Positions 1-9,885 of a DNA stretch of 64,000 bases are shown one piece after another. Each line of letters opens with the position of its first letter. Positions within the stretch are counted from its first letter, which is position 1. Below the pieces are notes generated by a model. It saw only the letters and a list, made by a program, of their open reading frames with translations. It was not told the DNA's origin and made no database searches. Made by a program: the position numbers and the translations under genes. The stretch is from Nitrospinales bacterium. Its GTDB lineage: Bacteria; Nitrospinota; Nitrospinia; Nitrospinales; VA-1. The stretch lies in the NCBI GenBank assembly GCA_965223345.1, contig CBDCWG010000012.1, positions 2,144,001-2,208,000 of the forward strand. The letters run 5' to 3'.

Positions 1-34
1 ATGCTCCATCCAGCCGGAACCGGCGGCGGATCGG

Positions 35-577
35 TCACTCCAGCCACTTGTACAGCACGATGGCGTCCACGTATCCCTGGGTGGGGTGCCGGAATGCGCC
101 GGGCAACCGCCCCACGGTCGCAAAACCCAGGCTTTGCCAGAGCTTGAGCGCGGATGCATTGGTCGAGACCACCAGGTTGAACTGCATGGCCTTGTAACCC
201 AGCTCGCGGGCGACGGTCTGCGAATGCTCGCACAGAGCGCGGGCGATGCCTTTGCCGCGGGCTGCGGGCGCGACCATGTAGCCGCAGTTGCAGACGTGGT
301 TGCCCGCACCCTGCTGGTTGGGTTTCAGGTAGTAGGTGGCCCGGATTTTTCCGTTTTCCTCCCACACAAAGGTTTTGTGCGGCACGTGCATCCACAGCCG
401 CTCGGCCTCGCTTCGCGTCGTGTCCCTGGGATAGGGATAGGTTTCCCCTTGAGAAATAATGGGCTGGATCAGCGCCCAGATTTCCCCGAAATCGTCTTCT
501 CTGGCTTCGCGGATGTGTTTTGCGGAATCCATGAAATCAGGACGCACGGACGCCGCTCCGATTTGCCTGGCGTTCAC
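35..577 (-). CDS. GNAT family N-acetyltransferase
   Basis: Acetyl-CoA motif VAPAARGKGIA and FNLVVSTNASALKLWQSLGF; GTG start overlaps the regulator stop (alternative ATG at 532). Confidence 0.88.
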   Translation of the reverse strand: MNARQIGAASVRPDFMDSAKHIREAREDDFGEIWALIQPIISQGETYPYPRDTTRSEAERLWMHVPHKTFVWEENGKIRATYYLKPNQQGAGNHVCNCGYMVAPAARGKGIARALCEHSQTVARELGYKAMQFNLVVSTNASALKLWQSLGFATVGRLPGAFRHPTQGYVDAIVLYKWLE

Positions 578-1263
578 TCCTCATAGCGGTAGCCGACGCC
601 GTGCACGGTGCGGATGATTTGGGGATTCTGCGGGTCGAGTTCGATGAGCTTTCTGAGTTTGGAGATATGCTGGTCGAGCGTGCGGCTGTTGGGCAGGTAG
701 CGCTGGCCCCAGCAGTGGTCGAACAGGGTGTTGCGGTCCACCACCTTGCCGCGGTTTGCGTGCAGCAGTTCGAGGATCGTCACGTCGCGCAGGCTGAGGT
801 CGATGCGCTGCTCGCCGCGGCGGGCGCGCAACTCCTCCGGGTAGAGTTCCAGGTCACCGAGCTTGAGCAGGCGCGGGTTATTGCCCTGCGGTGCTTGCGT
901 GGCGAGGCAGCGGCGCGTGACGGCGCGGATGCGCGCCACCACTTCGCGGGTGCCGAAGGGTTTCATGATGTAATCGTCCGCGCCCAGTTCCAGGCCGACG
1001 ACGCGGTCGATCTCCTCGGACTTGGCGCTCAGAAAGATCACCGGAACCTGGGCGCTGTGGCTGCGGATCTCGCGGCACACGCTGTAGCCGTCCTTGTGCG
1101 GCATCATGATGTCGAGTAGCACCAGGTGCGGCGCCTGTGCGTGGTATTGCTGCACCGCGTCCATGCCGTCCACGGCGGCGAAGGTCTGGTAGCCTTCCCC
1201 CTCCAGAAGATCCTGCAGGCCCTCGCGGATGTGGCGGTCGTCTTCTGCGATCAGAATTTTCAT
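574..1263 (-). CDS. OmpR/PhoB family DNA-binding response regulator
   Basis: Receiver domain (EDD, LLDIMMP, KPF) plus winged helix ending IRTVHGVGYR. Confidence 0.95.
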   Translation of the reverse strand: MKILIAEDDRHIREGLQDLLEGEGYQTFAAVDGMDAVQQYHAQAPHLVLLDIMMPHKDGYSVCREIRSHSAQVPVIFLSAKSEEIDRVVGLELGADDYIMKPFGTREVVARIRAVTRRCLATQAPQGNNPRLLKLGDLELYPEELRARRGEQRIDLSLRDVTILELLHANRGKVVDRNTLFDHCWGQRYLPNSRTLDQHISKLRKLIELDPQNPQIIRTVHGVGYRYEE

Positions 1264-2888
1264 GCGTTTCCTTTGGCAACGGGTGTGTTGAGTTCGATTT
1301 TAAAGCGGGCTCCTTGATCCGAGGGTTCTAGCGTCAGGTCGCCGCCGTGCAGGCGGGCCAGCTCGCGCGCAATGCTGAGGCCGATGCCAGTTCCCGCGAC
1401 GCCGTCGGTGGTCTTCGAGCTGATGCGATAAAACGGCTGGAAGATGCGCGCCGCATCGCGTTTGGGGATGCCGGGGCCGTGGTCCTGCACGGTGATGCGG
1501 GTGCGCCCGTTCCGGTTGTGGCTTTCGATGTACAGGCGGCCTCCCGCTGCGGCGTATTTTTCCGTGTTGCTGAACAGGTTGTTGAGGATCTGCTCGAGCG
1601 CGTCCGGGTCCACCTCCACCGATTTGCCTGCGCCGGCTTTGAATTCGATGGCGACGTTTCTGGCTTTGAGCGAAGGTGCGAAATTTTTCAGCGTGCTCTG
1701 GATGATGTCGTCCACCACTGCCGTTTCTTTGCGCAGCACCAGGCGGTTGCGTTTGGAGCGGGAAAAGTTGAGCACGTTGCCGATCAGCCTTGAGAGCCGC
1801 TGGCTTTCGGAGGTGATGACTTCCAGATAATGCCGGAAGCGCTGCTGCTCGCCGGAGTTTTTTGCATCTTCCGGCAGGTTTTCATCCAGCAACTCGGCGT
1901 AAAGCCGGATGTTGGTGAGCGGCGTTTTCAACTCGTGCGACACCTGGTTGACGAAATTGACGCGCTGCTCGGCGAGGAGCATCTCGCGGCTGTGTTCGCG
2001 GTACAGGTAATAGGCGAGGCCGAACAAGGCCGCGCCCACGGCGGTCAACGCCGCGGCGAGGTTGATCCAGCGCAGGCCGGCGCCCGCTCCCAGCGCGGAG
2101 CCGAAATACTGCAACTTCCAGCTTCCCAGAGGCGGGCTGAGCGTCATCTGCTGCGCGGGTGCCGCTTCGGCCGCCGGTTCGAAGCGGCCCCACTGGTAGA
2201 CTGCCGTGCCTTTGGAATCGATCAGGCGGATGCGCGCGTCACCCAGCCGGTCTTCGGGACCGCCGGTGCCGGGAAGCCGTTCGATGAGGTCCGCCTTGAG
2301 ACGCACCGGGTCGAGCTCGAAACCGATCAGGTTGCCGCCGGAGCCGCGCCACCAGAACAGGTGGTGCATGCCCGTGCCCGCATACCAGACGTGCCAGCCT
2401 TTCAGGTCCGGCCGGTCGTCGCGCACGGGCGCGGAGGCCATCGCTTTTTGTGGCGCGGCTTGTGCTTCGGCAGCGGTGTCCGCCAGGGCGGCGGGTTCCG
2501 GTTCCAGACGCGACAGCACCGCTCCGGCGCGTTCGAGAAAGCGGCGTTCCATTTGAGTGAGCGGCGCGTTGTCCGGCGGGAACAGCCGCTTGAAACCGGA
2601 ATCGAAAATCAGCATCTGGCGCAGATCGGGGCGGGTGCGCAGAAAGGCGCGCACCGAATCGGCGTCGGTAGCGAGTTGTGTTGCCTGTTGCGACAATTCA
2701 TTCTCCAGAGTTTCGAAGTACGCGCCGATGTCGCCGTCCACGCTTTTGAGCTGCGAGGCGATGAGGGTCTGGATCTGGTGGTCGTGCAGTTTTTTGTCGT
2801 CGTTCAACACGCGCACGCCCAGCCCTCCCAGTAAAAGAAGCGGGATCACCACGATGAGCAGGAGCAGGGCGAGGGGTTTGGTTTTCAA
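1260..2888 (-). CDS. Membrane sensor histidine kinase
   Basis: Two TM segments; H box SHELKTPL, N box NNLFSNTEKY, G boxes DHGPG and GTGIGL; overlaps regulator start. Confidence 0.93.
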   Translation of the reverse strand: MKTKPLALLLLIVVIPLLLLGGLGVRVLNDDKKLHDHQIQTLIASQLKSVDGDIGAYFETLENELSQQATQLATDADSVRAFLRTRPDLRQMLIFDSGFKRLFPPDNAPLTQMERRFLERAGAVLSRLEPEPAALADTAAEAQAAPQKAMASAPVRDDRPDLKGWHVWYAGTGMHHLFWWRGSGGNLIGFELDPVRLKADLIERLPGTGGPEDRLGDARIRLIDSKGTAVYQWGRFEPAAEAAPAQQMTLSPPLGSWKLQYFGSALGAGAGLRWINLAAALTAVGAALFGLAYYLYREHSREMLLAEQRVNFVNQVSHELKTPLTNIRLYAELLDENLPEDAKNSGEQQRFRHYLEVITSESQRLSRLIGNVLNFSRSKRNRLVLRKETAVVDDIIQSTLKNFAPSLKARNVAIEFKAGAGKSVEVDPDALEQILNNLFSNTEKYAAAGGRLYIESHNRNGRTRITVQDHGPGIPKRDAARIFQPFYRISSKTTDGVAGTGIGLSIARELARLHGGDLTLEPSDQGARFKIELNTPVAKGNA

Positions 2889-2980
2889 ATCGACGCTTTC
2901 ACTTTCTCGATGGGTTTTCCCTTGCGAACGCGTGGGGAGACCTTTGCATGAATCGTATGTTTAAGAAAACTGACTACAAC

Positions 2981-3032
2981 TGTCACCCTGAGCTTGTCGA
3001 AGGGTGCATGCTTCGACAGGCTCAGCATGACA
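2981..3032. repeat. REP-like palindromic hairpin
   Basis: TGTCACCCTGAGCTTGTCGAAG pairs with CTTCGACAGGCTCAGCATGACA; core CTTCGACAGGCTCAG recurs at 43000-43014. Confidence 0.7.
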
Positions 3033-3076
3033 AATAAACAGTCTCAGGCAAAGGTCTCCCGCTGGGAAAACCGCGG

Positions 3077-4408
3077 TCAGTATTGCTGCTGGCTGTCGCG
3101 CTTGTATTGCCGTTGCCGGAGACTTTTGCGCTTCTGGTTCCAGTCCCGGTTGTCGAAGTCGGCTTCATCCTGGCTCAGTTCCTGTTCCAGTTTCTGGGTC
3201 TTGGGCGAGAACAGGCCGAGCTCGCGGTTCTTTTTCACATACGCGCCGCTTCGCTTGAGCACTTCCTTGGCTTCTTTGGCTTTGCCCGCATCGCGCAGCT
3301 CGACGGCGTCCTTGCTCATCTGGTTGACCACCTGCTCGGCGGCGGTGTCCATCACCGGCTTGTTGACGCTTTTCAAAACCTTTTCTTTGGACTTGCTGAA
3401 ATTCACGCTGACACTATCCCGCAACGAATCGGTCTTTTTGGCGCGCAGGTCCTGGTAGGACACATCGACCGAAGCCACATTGCGTTTTTCGCCTGCGGTT
3501 CCGGGCGGCACCTCGATTTCCAGCATCACGAATTTTTCCTGATTCCCGGAGAGCTGGTTGAGGTTCACGTGCACGTTCTGGCCGATGATTTCCGCGTTGC
3601 GGCCCAGCACCCGGATCGGGCGGATGGAATCGGCGCATTTGATGATGATGGTGAGCTGCTTGGCCACCACGGTGAGCGCGGTCTGGAATTCGGCGGCGAA
3701 GATCTTCGCGAGGTCCGAAGAATTCTGCACGAAGGCGTGGTGCCCGTCGCTCATGCCCGCAAGCTGGGTCATGAGGTCTTCATTGTAACCCAGACCGAGG
3801 CCGATCGTCGTCACGCTGATGCCTTCCTTGCCGAGGGAGGCGCCCAGCTCTCCCAGTTCGCTGGGCGTGCTGGGGCCGACGTTGGCGAGCCCGTCGGAGA
3901 GCAGGATCACCCGGTTGACGCGGTTGCTGTCGAGAAATTTGCGCACTTCCGCCGCGCCCTTGCTGACGCCGGCGAACAGGGCGGTGCGGCCGCCGTCGTT
4001 GATGGCGCGGATGGCGGCGTAGATCGATTCCTTATCGTTCAGCCGGGTCGCCGGCACCACGACCCGCACCACGTTGTCGTAGGTCACGACGGAGACGATG
4101 TCGTCGGAGCGCAGAAGATCGATGGCGAGGATCGCCGCCTCGCGGGCGCGTTGCAGTTTTTCGCCGCGCATCGAGCCGGAGCGGTCCAGCACAATCGCGA
4201 GGTTCACCGGCGCGCGGTCGGTTTCCTCGGGCAGGTCGAAGCCCTTGAGGCCGACCTTCAAAAAGGTCTTCTGGTTTTTTCCCGCTTCGAGGACGGGGGT
4301 GCCGAGGTTCACATTGAGGTCGATGGTGCGTGCGCCGGCGCTGCCGAAAAACAGAAACACGGTGAGCAGCGTCCACAAGCTGATGAATTGAATGCGTGAG
4401 CGGGTCAT
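3077..4408 (-). CDS. Exported von Willebrand factor A (VWA) domain protein, YfbK-like
   Basis: Signal peptide after ATG 4408 (AGGAG upstream); MIDAS DRSGSM, LLSDGLANVG, TTIGLG. Confidence 0.88.
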   Translation of the reverse strand: MTRSRIQFISLWTLLTVFLFFGSAGARTIDLNVNLGTPVLEAGKNQKTFLKVGLKGFDLPEETDRAPVNLAIVLDRSGSMRGEKLQRAREAAILAIDLLRSDDIVSVVTYDNVVRVVVPATRLNDKESIYAAIRAINDGGRTALFAGVSKGAAEVRKFLDSNRVNRVILLSDGLANVGPSTPSELGELGASLGKEGISVTTIGLGLGYNEDLMTQLAGMSDGHHAFVQNSSDLAKIFAAEFQTALTVVAKQLTIIIKCADSIRPIRVLGRNAEIIGQNVHVNLNQLSGNQEKFVMLEIEVPPGTAGEKRNVASVDVSYQDLRAKKTDSLRDSVSVNFSKSKEKVLKSVNKPVMDTAAEQVVNQMSKDAVELRDAGKAKEAKEVLKRSGAYVKKNRELGLFSPKTQKLEQELSQDEADFDNRDWNQKRKSLRQRQYKRDSQQQY

Positions 4409-4575
4409 CGCCAGACTCCTGAGGCTAGAGGGTTCGCGGTTGCGGATGAGGCGGAAGCGCCCACCCGGTGTCTTGAACCCAATGTAGAGAATCCGGCGTT
4501 CAGTGAGGTCAGACCGGTTTGAAAGTTTTGTAAAAAATTTGTAAATCCCGGCATCGGCGAACAACGTCCCGTTTT

Positions 4576-5547
4576 TCAGGTTTCCCTATCGAGGGAGCGG
4601 TACTGGATGGCTTCTGCCATGTGCTCGGAGAGGATGTTTGCCTCCCCGGCGAGGTCGGCGATGGTGCGGCTCACTTTGAGGATGCGGCCGCCGCCGATGA
4701 GGCCGGCGTCGGAGATGGTGTGGTGCGGTGCGCGGAACGGGCGCAGGGCCACCAGCCCGCAGCCGTTTTTGTTCATGCCGAGAACGCTGTGGATTTTGGT
4801 GGTTTCGATGGCCTCTTCGAGCGCCAGGGTCGGCAGGATTGTGGGGATGCGTTTGGCCAGCATGGATTTGCCGCTGCCGGGCGGACCTATGAGGATGATG
4901 TTGTGGCCGCCTGCGGCGGCGATCTCGAGCGCGCGTTTGACGTGGTGCTGCGCCTTGACGTCGTTGAAGTCCAGCTCCGAGGCGGCGAACGCGTTGAGAT
5001 CGTTCGCGGTGGCCGGAACCGCAGGCGCGATATCCAGGTTGCCGTTGAGAAACTCCATCGCTTCGGGCAGGGTTGCGATCGGGATGGTGTTCACGCCGGT
5101 GACCACCGCCGCTTCGGGAGCGTTCCGGGCGGGAACCAGCAGGCCTTCGAGTCCTTTTGCGCGCGCCATCGCGGCGATGGACAGAGCGCCGCGCACGGGT
5201 TTGACGCGCCCGTCGAGCGACAGCTCGCCGAGGATGGCGTAGCGGGACAGCCGTGCGGCATCGACCAGTTCGTTGGCAGCGAGGATGCCGAGCGCGATGG
5301 GCAGATCGAAGGCGGAGCCTTCCTTGCGGATGTCGGCGGGAGCGAGGTTGACGGTGATGCGCTTTTGGGGAAGGTCGAGCTGGGTGTTCTTGATCGCGGC
5401 GGTGACGCGGTCGCTGGATTCCTTCACGGCGGCGTCGGGCAGACCGACGATGGCCATGCCGGGGATGCCCGGCGAGAGGTTCACTTCCACCTCTACTAAA
5501 TAACCGTCGATGCCCAGCACCGCGCCGCTCAGAATGCGTGCAACCAT
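4576..5547 (-). pseudogene. comM: YifB/ComM Mg-chelatase-like ATPase with an in-frame internal deletion
   Basis: [19 protein letters not shown]-like [12 protein letters not shown], Walker [16 protein letters not shown] joined directly to C-terminal [12 protein letters not shown]; 323 aa versus about 500 aa typical; Walker B region missing. Confidence 0.8.
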
Positions 5548-5730
5548 TGCGGTCCCCCTTTTCGGAATCCCGAATAGGGGCAACCTACATCACCAATATT
5601 TAGTTGTCAAATTCGTGGGGTAGTTTAAGTAAGTCAATAATCTGGAAATATGTTTCCGAAAGTTGAATTGAAGTATACTTAATCCGAAACTTGATAAGGA
5701 TTTTACCGATACCCAAAATTTTGGATAAAC

Positions 5731-6565
5731 ATGGCGCAATTTGTAATTCAGAAAGTATCACATAGGGGTGTTAGCCATCCTGTTGTCGCTCGCCTCTCAA
5801 TACAAGTGAAGGATATCATCGAATTCTCTGGTCTTGGTTCGAATATCAAAGAGAATATCCTTAAAGTTTGTATTGGTGATCTTCAGTCACGTCTTGGAAA
5901 GTGTTGGGATATTTGGCAACGCATCGAGAATGAACAGCGCCGTTGTGATTCAGAATATAAACCCTCTAACGAAAGAGTGGTTCAGATCCCCCATATTAAG
6001 GATCTTGATCGTGATGTTGATAATTTTTTTTACGAATCAAAAAACTTTTTGAGGGATCTTATAAGCTTAGTTTTAAAAGCCTTCTTTCCTGAAATCAACT
6101 TTTCAGATGCGGGAAAGGCCTTTCTCCCAAACAAAAAAGGTGAAGTAGAAATTATTTGTTGGGCTGAATCAAAGTTTGGGAAAAATGATGGTTTGACTAA
6201 GATGCTGCGTGAAGATGTTACATGGATATCTGAACTTATTAGGAAAAGAAATGCGATTGAGCATCCAAATGGTCATTCTGGTGTTTTGACCGTTTTCAAC
6301 ATTGAAGTTGATGAGGATGGTAGGTTAATTGCTCCAATCTGGCAGCGAACAGGGGGGAGATTCGCAGTTTATCTCTGTTGGGATGGCTACTTACTGCCAA
6401 TATCTATTAAGTTTTGCTGAAGAGATCATCATTTTTGGTTGTGTACAAAAAACAACCCGGACTCCAATGATTACATTTGGAGAAATTCCTGAAGATGAGC
6501 GAGACCCCAAATGCCCAATCCGCTTTAGAGCTTACTTTAAAGAGGGGATGGGGCCTCGACAATAA
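5731..6565 (+). pseudogene. AT-rich hypothetical gene, HEPN-like motif, split by a frameshift at a G6 run
   Basis: ORFs 5731-6420 and 6329-6565 join if one G is removed at 6352-6357; RNAIEH motif at 6247-6264. Confidence 0.55.
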
Positions 6566-6579
6566 AACTTAGTCCTACC

Positions 6580-9447
6580 TCAAGCTTCCTGAACGACCCG
6601 CTGCAACTCGTTGGCCATGCGCGCCAGCTCCTTGGAGGCGTTCTGGCTGTCCATCGCGCCCTGTGTGGTGCTCTGTGCCGCCTGCGCCACACCGGCGATG
6701 TTGTCTGAGATCTCCGAAGTGCCTTTGGTGGCTTCGTTCACGCTGCGGGTCATCTGGTTGGTGGTGGCGGTCTGTTCCTCCACGGCGCTGGCGATGGTGT
6801 TGGAGATGTCGTTGATCTTGTTGATGAAGTTTCCGATCTCGACGATCGCCGAAACCGAGCTTTGCGTGTCGTTCTGGATCGCTTCGATTCTCTGGCTGAT
6901 GTCTTCGGTGGCTTTGGAGGTTTGATTGGCCAGCTCTTTCACCTCGTTGGCCACCACCGCAAAGCCTTTGCCGGCCTCACCGGCGCGCGCCGCCTCGATG
7001 GTGGCGTTCAGGGCCAACAGGTTCGTTTGTTCGGCGATGGAGGTGATGACTTTGATCACCTGACCGATCTCCGCGGAGCTGTCGTTGAGTTTGCTGATCG
7101 TCGCATTGGTGTTGTCCGCCATTTTCACCGCTTCGTCTGTGACGTGAGCGGCTTCATTGGCGTTCTTGGCGATTTCCTTGATGCTGGAGCTCATTTCCTC
7201 TGCGGCCGTCGCCACGGTCTCGACGTTGCGGTTGACTTCTTCGGAAGCAGCCGAAACCACGTTGGCCTGGGCGGAGGTTTCTTCGGCGTTGCCGGCCATC
7301 TGCTGGCTGGTGGCGGTCAGCTCCTCCGAAGCGCTGGCCAGCGTTTCGGAATTTCTGCGGATGTGATCCACGATCTTCTGCATACTTTCTGTGTGTCGTT
7401 TTGCCTCTTCCTGCATTTTCACTTGTTCGGTTATGACCGCCCAGGTGACGAGGGGCCCCAGGTATTGCTTGTTTTCATCATAAAGAGCATTGACGAGAAG
7501 CTCGAGAGTGTCTTCTCCTACGTGGATTTGGGCTTTATGGGGGAAATTGGCGGGGTTGGATAAGAGGTTCCGGACGTTTTGGGGGTCTTTGTGAAACACA
7601 TCGATGCTGTGCCCAATGATGTTGTCCACCTTAATCGGCAAACTTTTTTCGATTTGCCTCAATGTTTTTGTTGAAGAAGGGTTCATGTACTGGATGTTGA
7701 AGTTTGTATCCGCATACATGACATTGATCGGCAATTGATTCATCAGCGACTGGGTTTTTGCCATCTCGGTGGTGGAGATGCGCAGGTTTTTCACCATCGT
7801 GGCGAAGGAAGTGCCCAGGGTTCCTTCGCCATCGTCCACCAGTCTTTCGTTGTTGAGATCGTTGTTGGCGATGGTGCCCGCCTGGGAAGCGAACCACTGC
7901 ATTTTGTCTTTCATCTTGGCGAAAGCATCGCCCAGTTCTCCCGGTGTCCGGGATGCGAGGGAAGGGTGATCCAGCTGGTCGTTGGCGATGGAATCGGCCT
8001 GCACCGCCGTTCTTCTCAATCGCCGCGTCAAACCGTCGAGGGCATCCGGCAGGTCCCCGTTGGTGCGCTGGTATTTTTCTTCAACATAATCCGCGGCTTT
8101 CAGGATATCCATTCCCGACTGCATGCGCTGCTTGACGTTTGCCAGCCCGAGCCGGCCTTCGGAGAGGTCGTTGGCCTGCTCGACAGACAACTTCAGGGTT
8201 TCGAGCATCTGGTTGTAAGCGATTCGCAGGCGGCTGATTTCGTCGCCATGACGGACGCGCAGGCTCTGGTTGTTGACGATGTTGCCCTGCGCCAGGTTTT
8301 CGATGGATTCGGTCGTTTCGGCGATGCGGCTGGCTGTGGATTTTGCGATCCAGTAACCGAACATCAGGATCAGAATCATGAACACGCCGGTGATGATGGT
8401 GAGCTGGTTCTGAATCGCGATGATCGGGGCGTTGATGACCTGATCCGCGGTCCGTACCAGGACCGACCAGTTCATGCCCGGAAAACCGAGCGCCCCCTGA
8501 TGGTGCGCGTACCCTCCCGCCTGTTCGATCTTTTTCCGGGCATGGATGGAATAGGAAAACCCGGTTTGTTTTTCTTTTGCGGCTTTGACCGCGACATCGA
8601 CCCCTTTTTCTGCGAGATTCAGTTTCATGAGAACGTTGAAGTTATGCGTAACCGCATCGTCGCTCCCTCTGCCGTTGACCGGGTCGTAGTCGACGATGAC
8701 CCGGCCTTTTCCGTCCAGCAGCGTCATTTCGGTGTCGGCGAGTCCTTTGGCCTTGAGTTGCCGGTACGAGTCGATGAATATGTCTTCCACCAGGGAAAAC
8801 TTCGCATAGTTGTTCCAGATCGCCATCATGCGTCCGTCCGCATCGAAAACGGGAGCGGCGAACCCGAGTGTGAGGCCGTCATCTCCCGGATAGATTTTTT
8901 TGACGTCGTCGTTGACGTGCAGCGGGGTGATGGCGGTTCCGGTGAAATCCGCGGCCCCACCGACATTCCCGGCCTGACTGGTGTAAAAATTTCCCTGCAT
9001 GACATCTTTGAACCATTGGGAGTCGGAGAAATTCCGGCCGTAAAAACCCTGAGTCGCAATCGCCTTGCCATCCTGATCCTTGGAGTTGACGGCGATGACA
9101 TTGCCTTCAAGGTCCACAAGCAGCGTGAAATAGTAAATGTCGTAAGTGTCTACGTATTTGTTCATGACCTGCTCGATCACGGCGCCCGGTTTGTACCAGA
9201 AATTGCGAACCCGGATGGCGGTGTTCAGACCGAATGCCTGCACGTCTCCGTAGCGCTCGAACAGGTTGCGGTCTATTTTGTCGGCGATATGCGTGGCGAT
9301 GCCCTGCAGGTTCTGGGCATTGATATTTTTGATCTCTTTGAACGAGATGGTGTTGATGACCATGACGGAAAGCAGGGGAACCAGTCCTGTCAGAAGAAAT
9401 AGAATGGTCTGCTTCCACTTCAGGCTCAAGTTGTTCCAGAGGCTCAT
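6580..9447 (-). CDS. Methyl-accepting chemotaxis protein (Cache-like, HAMPs, PAS, MCP signal domain)
   Basis: Two TMs; [37 protein letters not shown] hairpin; PAS with SIDVFH. Confidence 0.95.
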   Translation of the reverse strand: MSLWNNLSLKWKQTILFLLTGLVPLLSVMVINTISFKEIKNINAQNLQGIATHIADKIDRNLFERYGDVQAFGLNTAIRVRNFWYKPGAVIEQVMNKYVDTYDIYYFTLLVDLEGNVIAVNSKDQDGKAIATQGFYGRNFSDSQWFKDVMQGNFYTSQAGNVGGAADFTGTAITPLHVNDDVKKIYPGDDGLTLGFAAPVFDADGRMMAIWNNYAKFSLVEDIFIDSYRQLKAKGLADTEMTLLDGKGRVIVDYDPVNGRGSDDAVTHNFNVLMKLNLAEKGVDVAVKAAKEKQTGFSYSIHARKKIEQAGGYAHHQGALGFPGMNWSVLVRTADQVINAPIIAIQNQLTIITGVFMILILMFGYWIAKSTASRIAETTESIENLAQGNIVNNQSLRVRHGDEISRLRIAYNQMLETLKLSVEQANDLSEGRLGLANVKQRMQSGMDILKAADYVEEKYQRTNGDLPDALDGLTRRLRRTAVQADSIANDQLDHPSLASRTPGELGDAFAKMKDKMQWFASQAGTIANNDLNNERLVDDGEGTLGTSFATMVKNLRISTTEMAKTQSLMNQLPINVMYADTNFNIQYMNPSSTKTLRQIEKSLPIKVDNIIGHSIDVFHKDPQNVRNLLSNPANFPHKAQIHVGEDTLELLVNALYDENKQYLGPLVTWAVITEQVKMQEEAKRHTESMQKIVDHIRRNSETLASASEELTATSQQMAGNAEETSAQANVVSAASEEVNRNVETVATAAEEMSSSIKEIAKNANEAAHVTDEAVKMADNTNATISKLNDSSAEIGQVIKVITSIAEQTNLLALNATIEAARAGEAGKGFAVVANEVKELANQTSKATEDISQRIEAIQNDTQSSVSAIVEIGNFINKINDISNTIASAVEEQTATTNQMTRSVNEATKGTSEISDNIAGVAQAAQSTTQGAMDSQNASKELARMANELQRVVQEA

Positions 9448-9885
9448 TTTTTTTCCTTATCGGGAGGAGGGAGGGGACAGAGAGCTGTTTCGATCAATCC
9501 GCCCTGACCGATCTGCAATCGCCAGGGCGAATGCAATTTTCGATTCAAATGGGTGATGTCATGATGGTCAAAGCCGGGTTTCATTCCCTGTCGGTTGTGT
9601 TCTGACGAATCGCTCGATTGGAAAACCGCGATCCGGCGAGAAAACTTTTCAGGCTCGAAAATCTCTTTTTATCAGCGGTAAATGTAAATGAAACTTGAAT
9701 GAAGGAGGCGAAAAAAAATCTCACCTAAACCTTTATGTCATAAAACATTAGGGCCCTGTCATGCTAGTTGGACGCAGGTGCGGTGCACACTCGAACCGGA
9801 GATCGCCGGGTTTTTCTACAGGATGTTTCTTTCTATCGATACAGAGGTTGCAGCGGGGGAGGGGAGTGAGCTTGCGTTGCTTTAT

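Noticed and set aside
5590..6579. Integrative element at comM
   Set aside because: No integrase, att repeats or second comM half in the window
9669..9698. Sigma28 promoter for the MCP
   Set aside because: TCAA...GCTGATAA resembles the consensus but the spacer is 18 nt, longer than the usual 15
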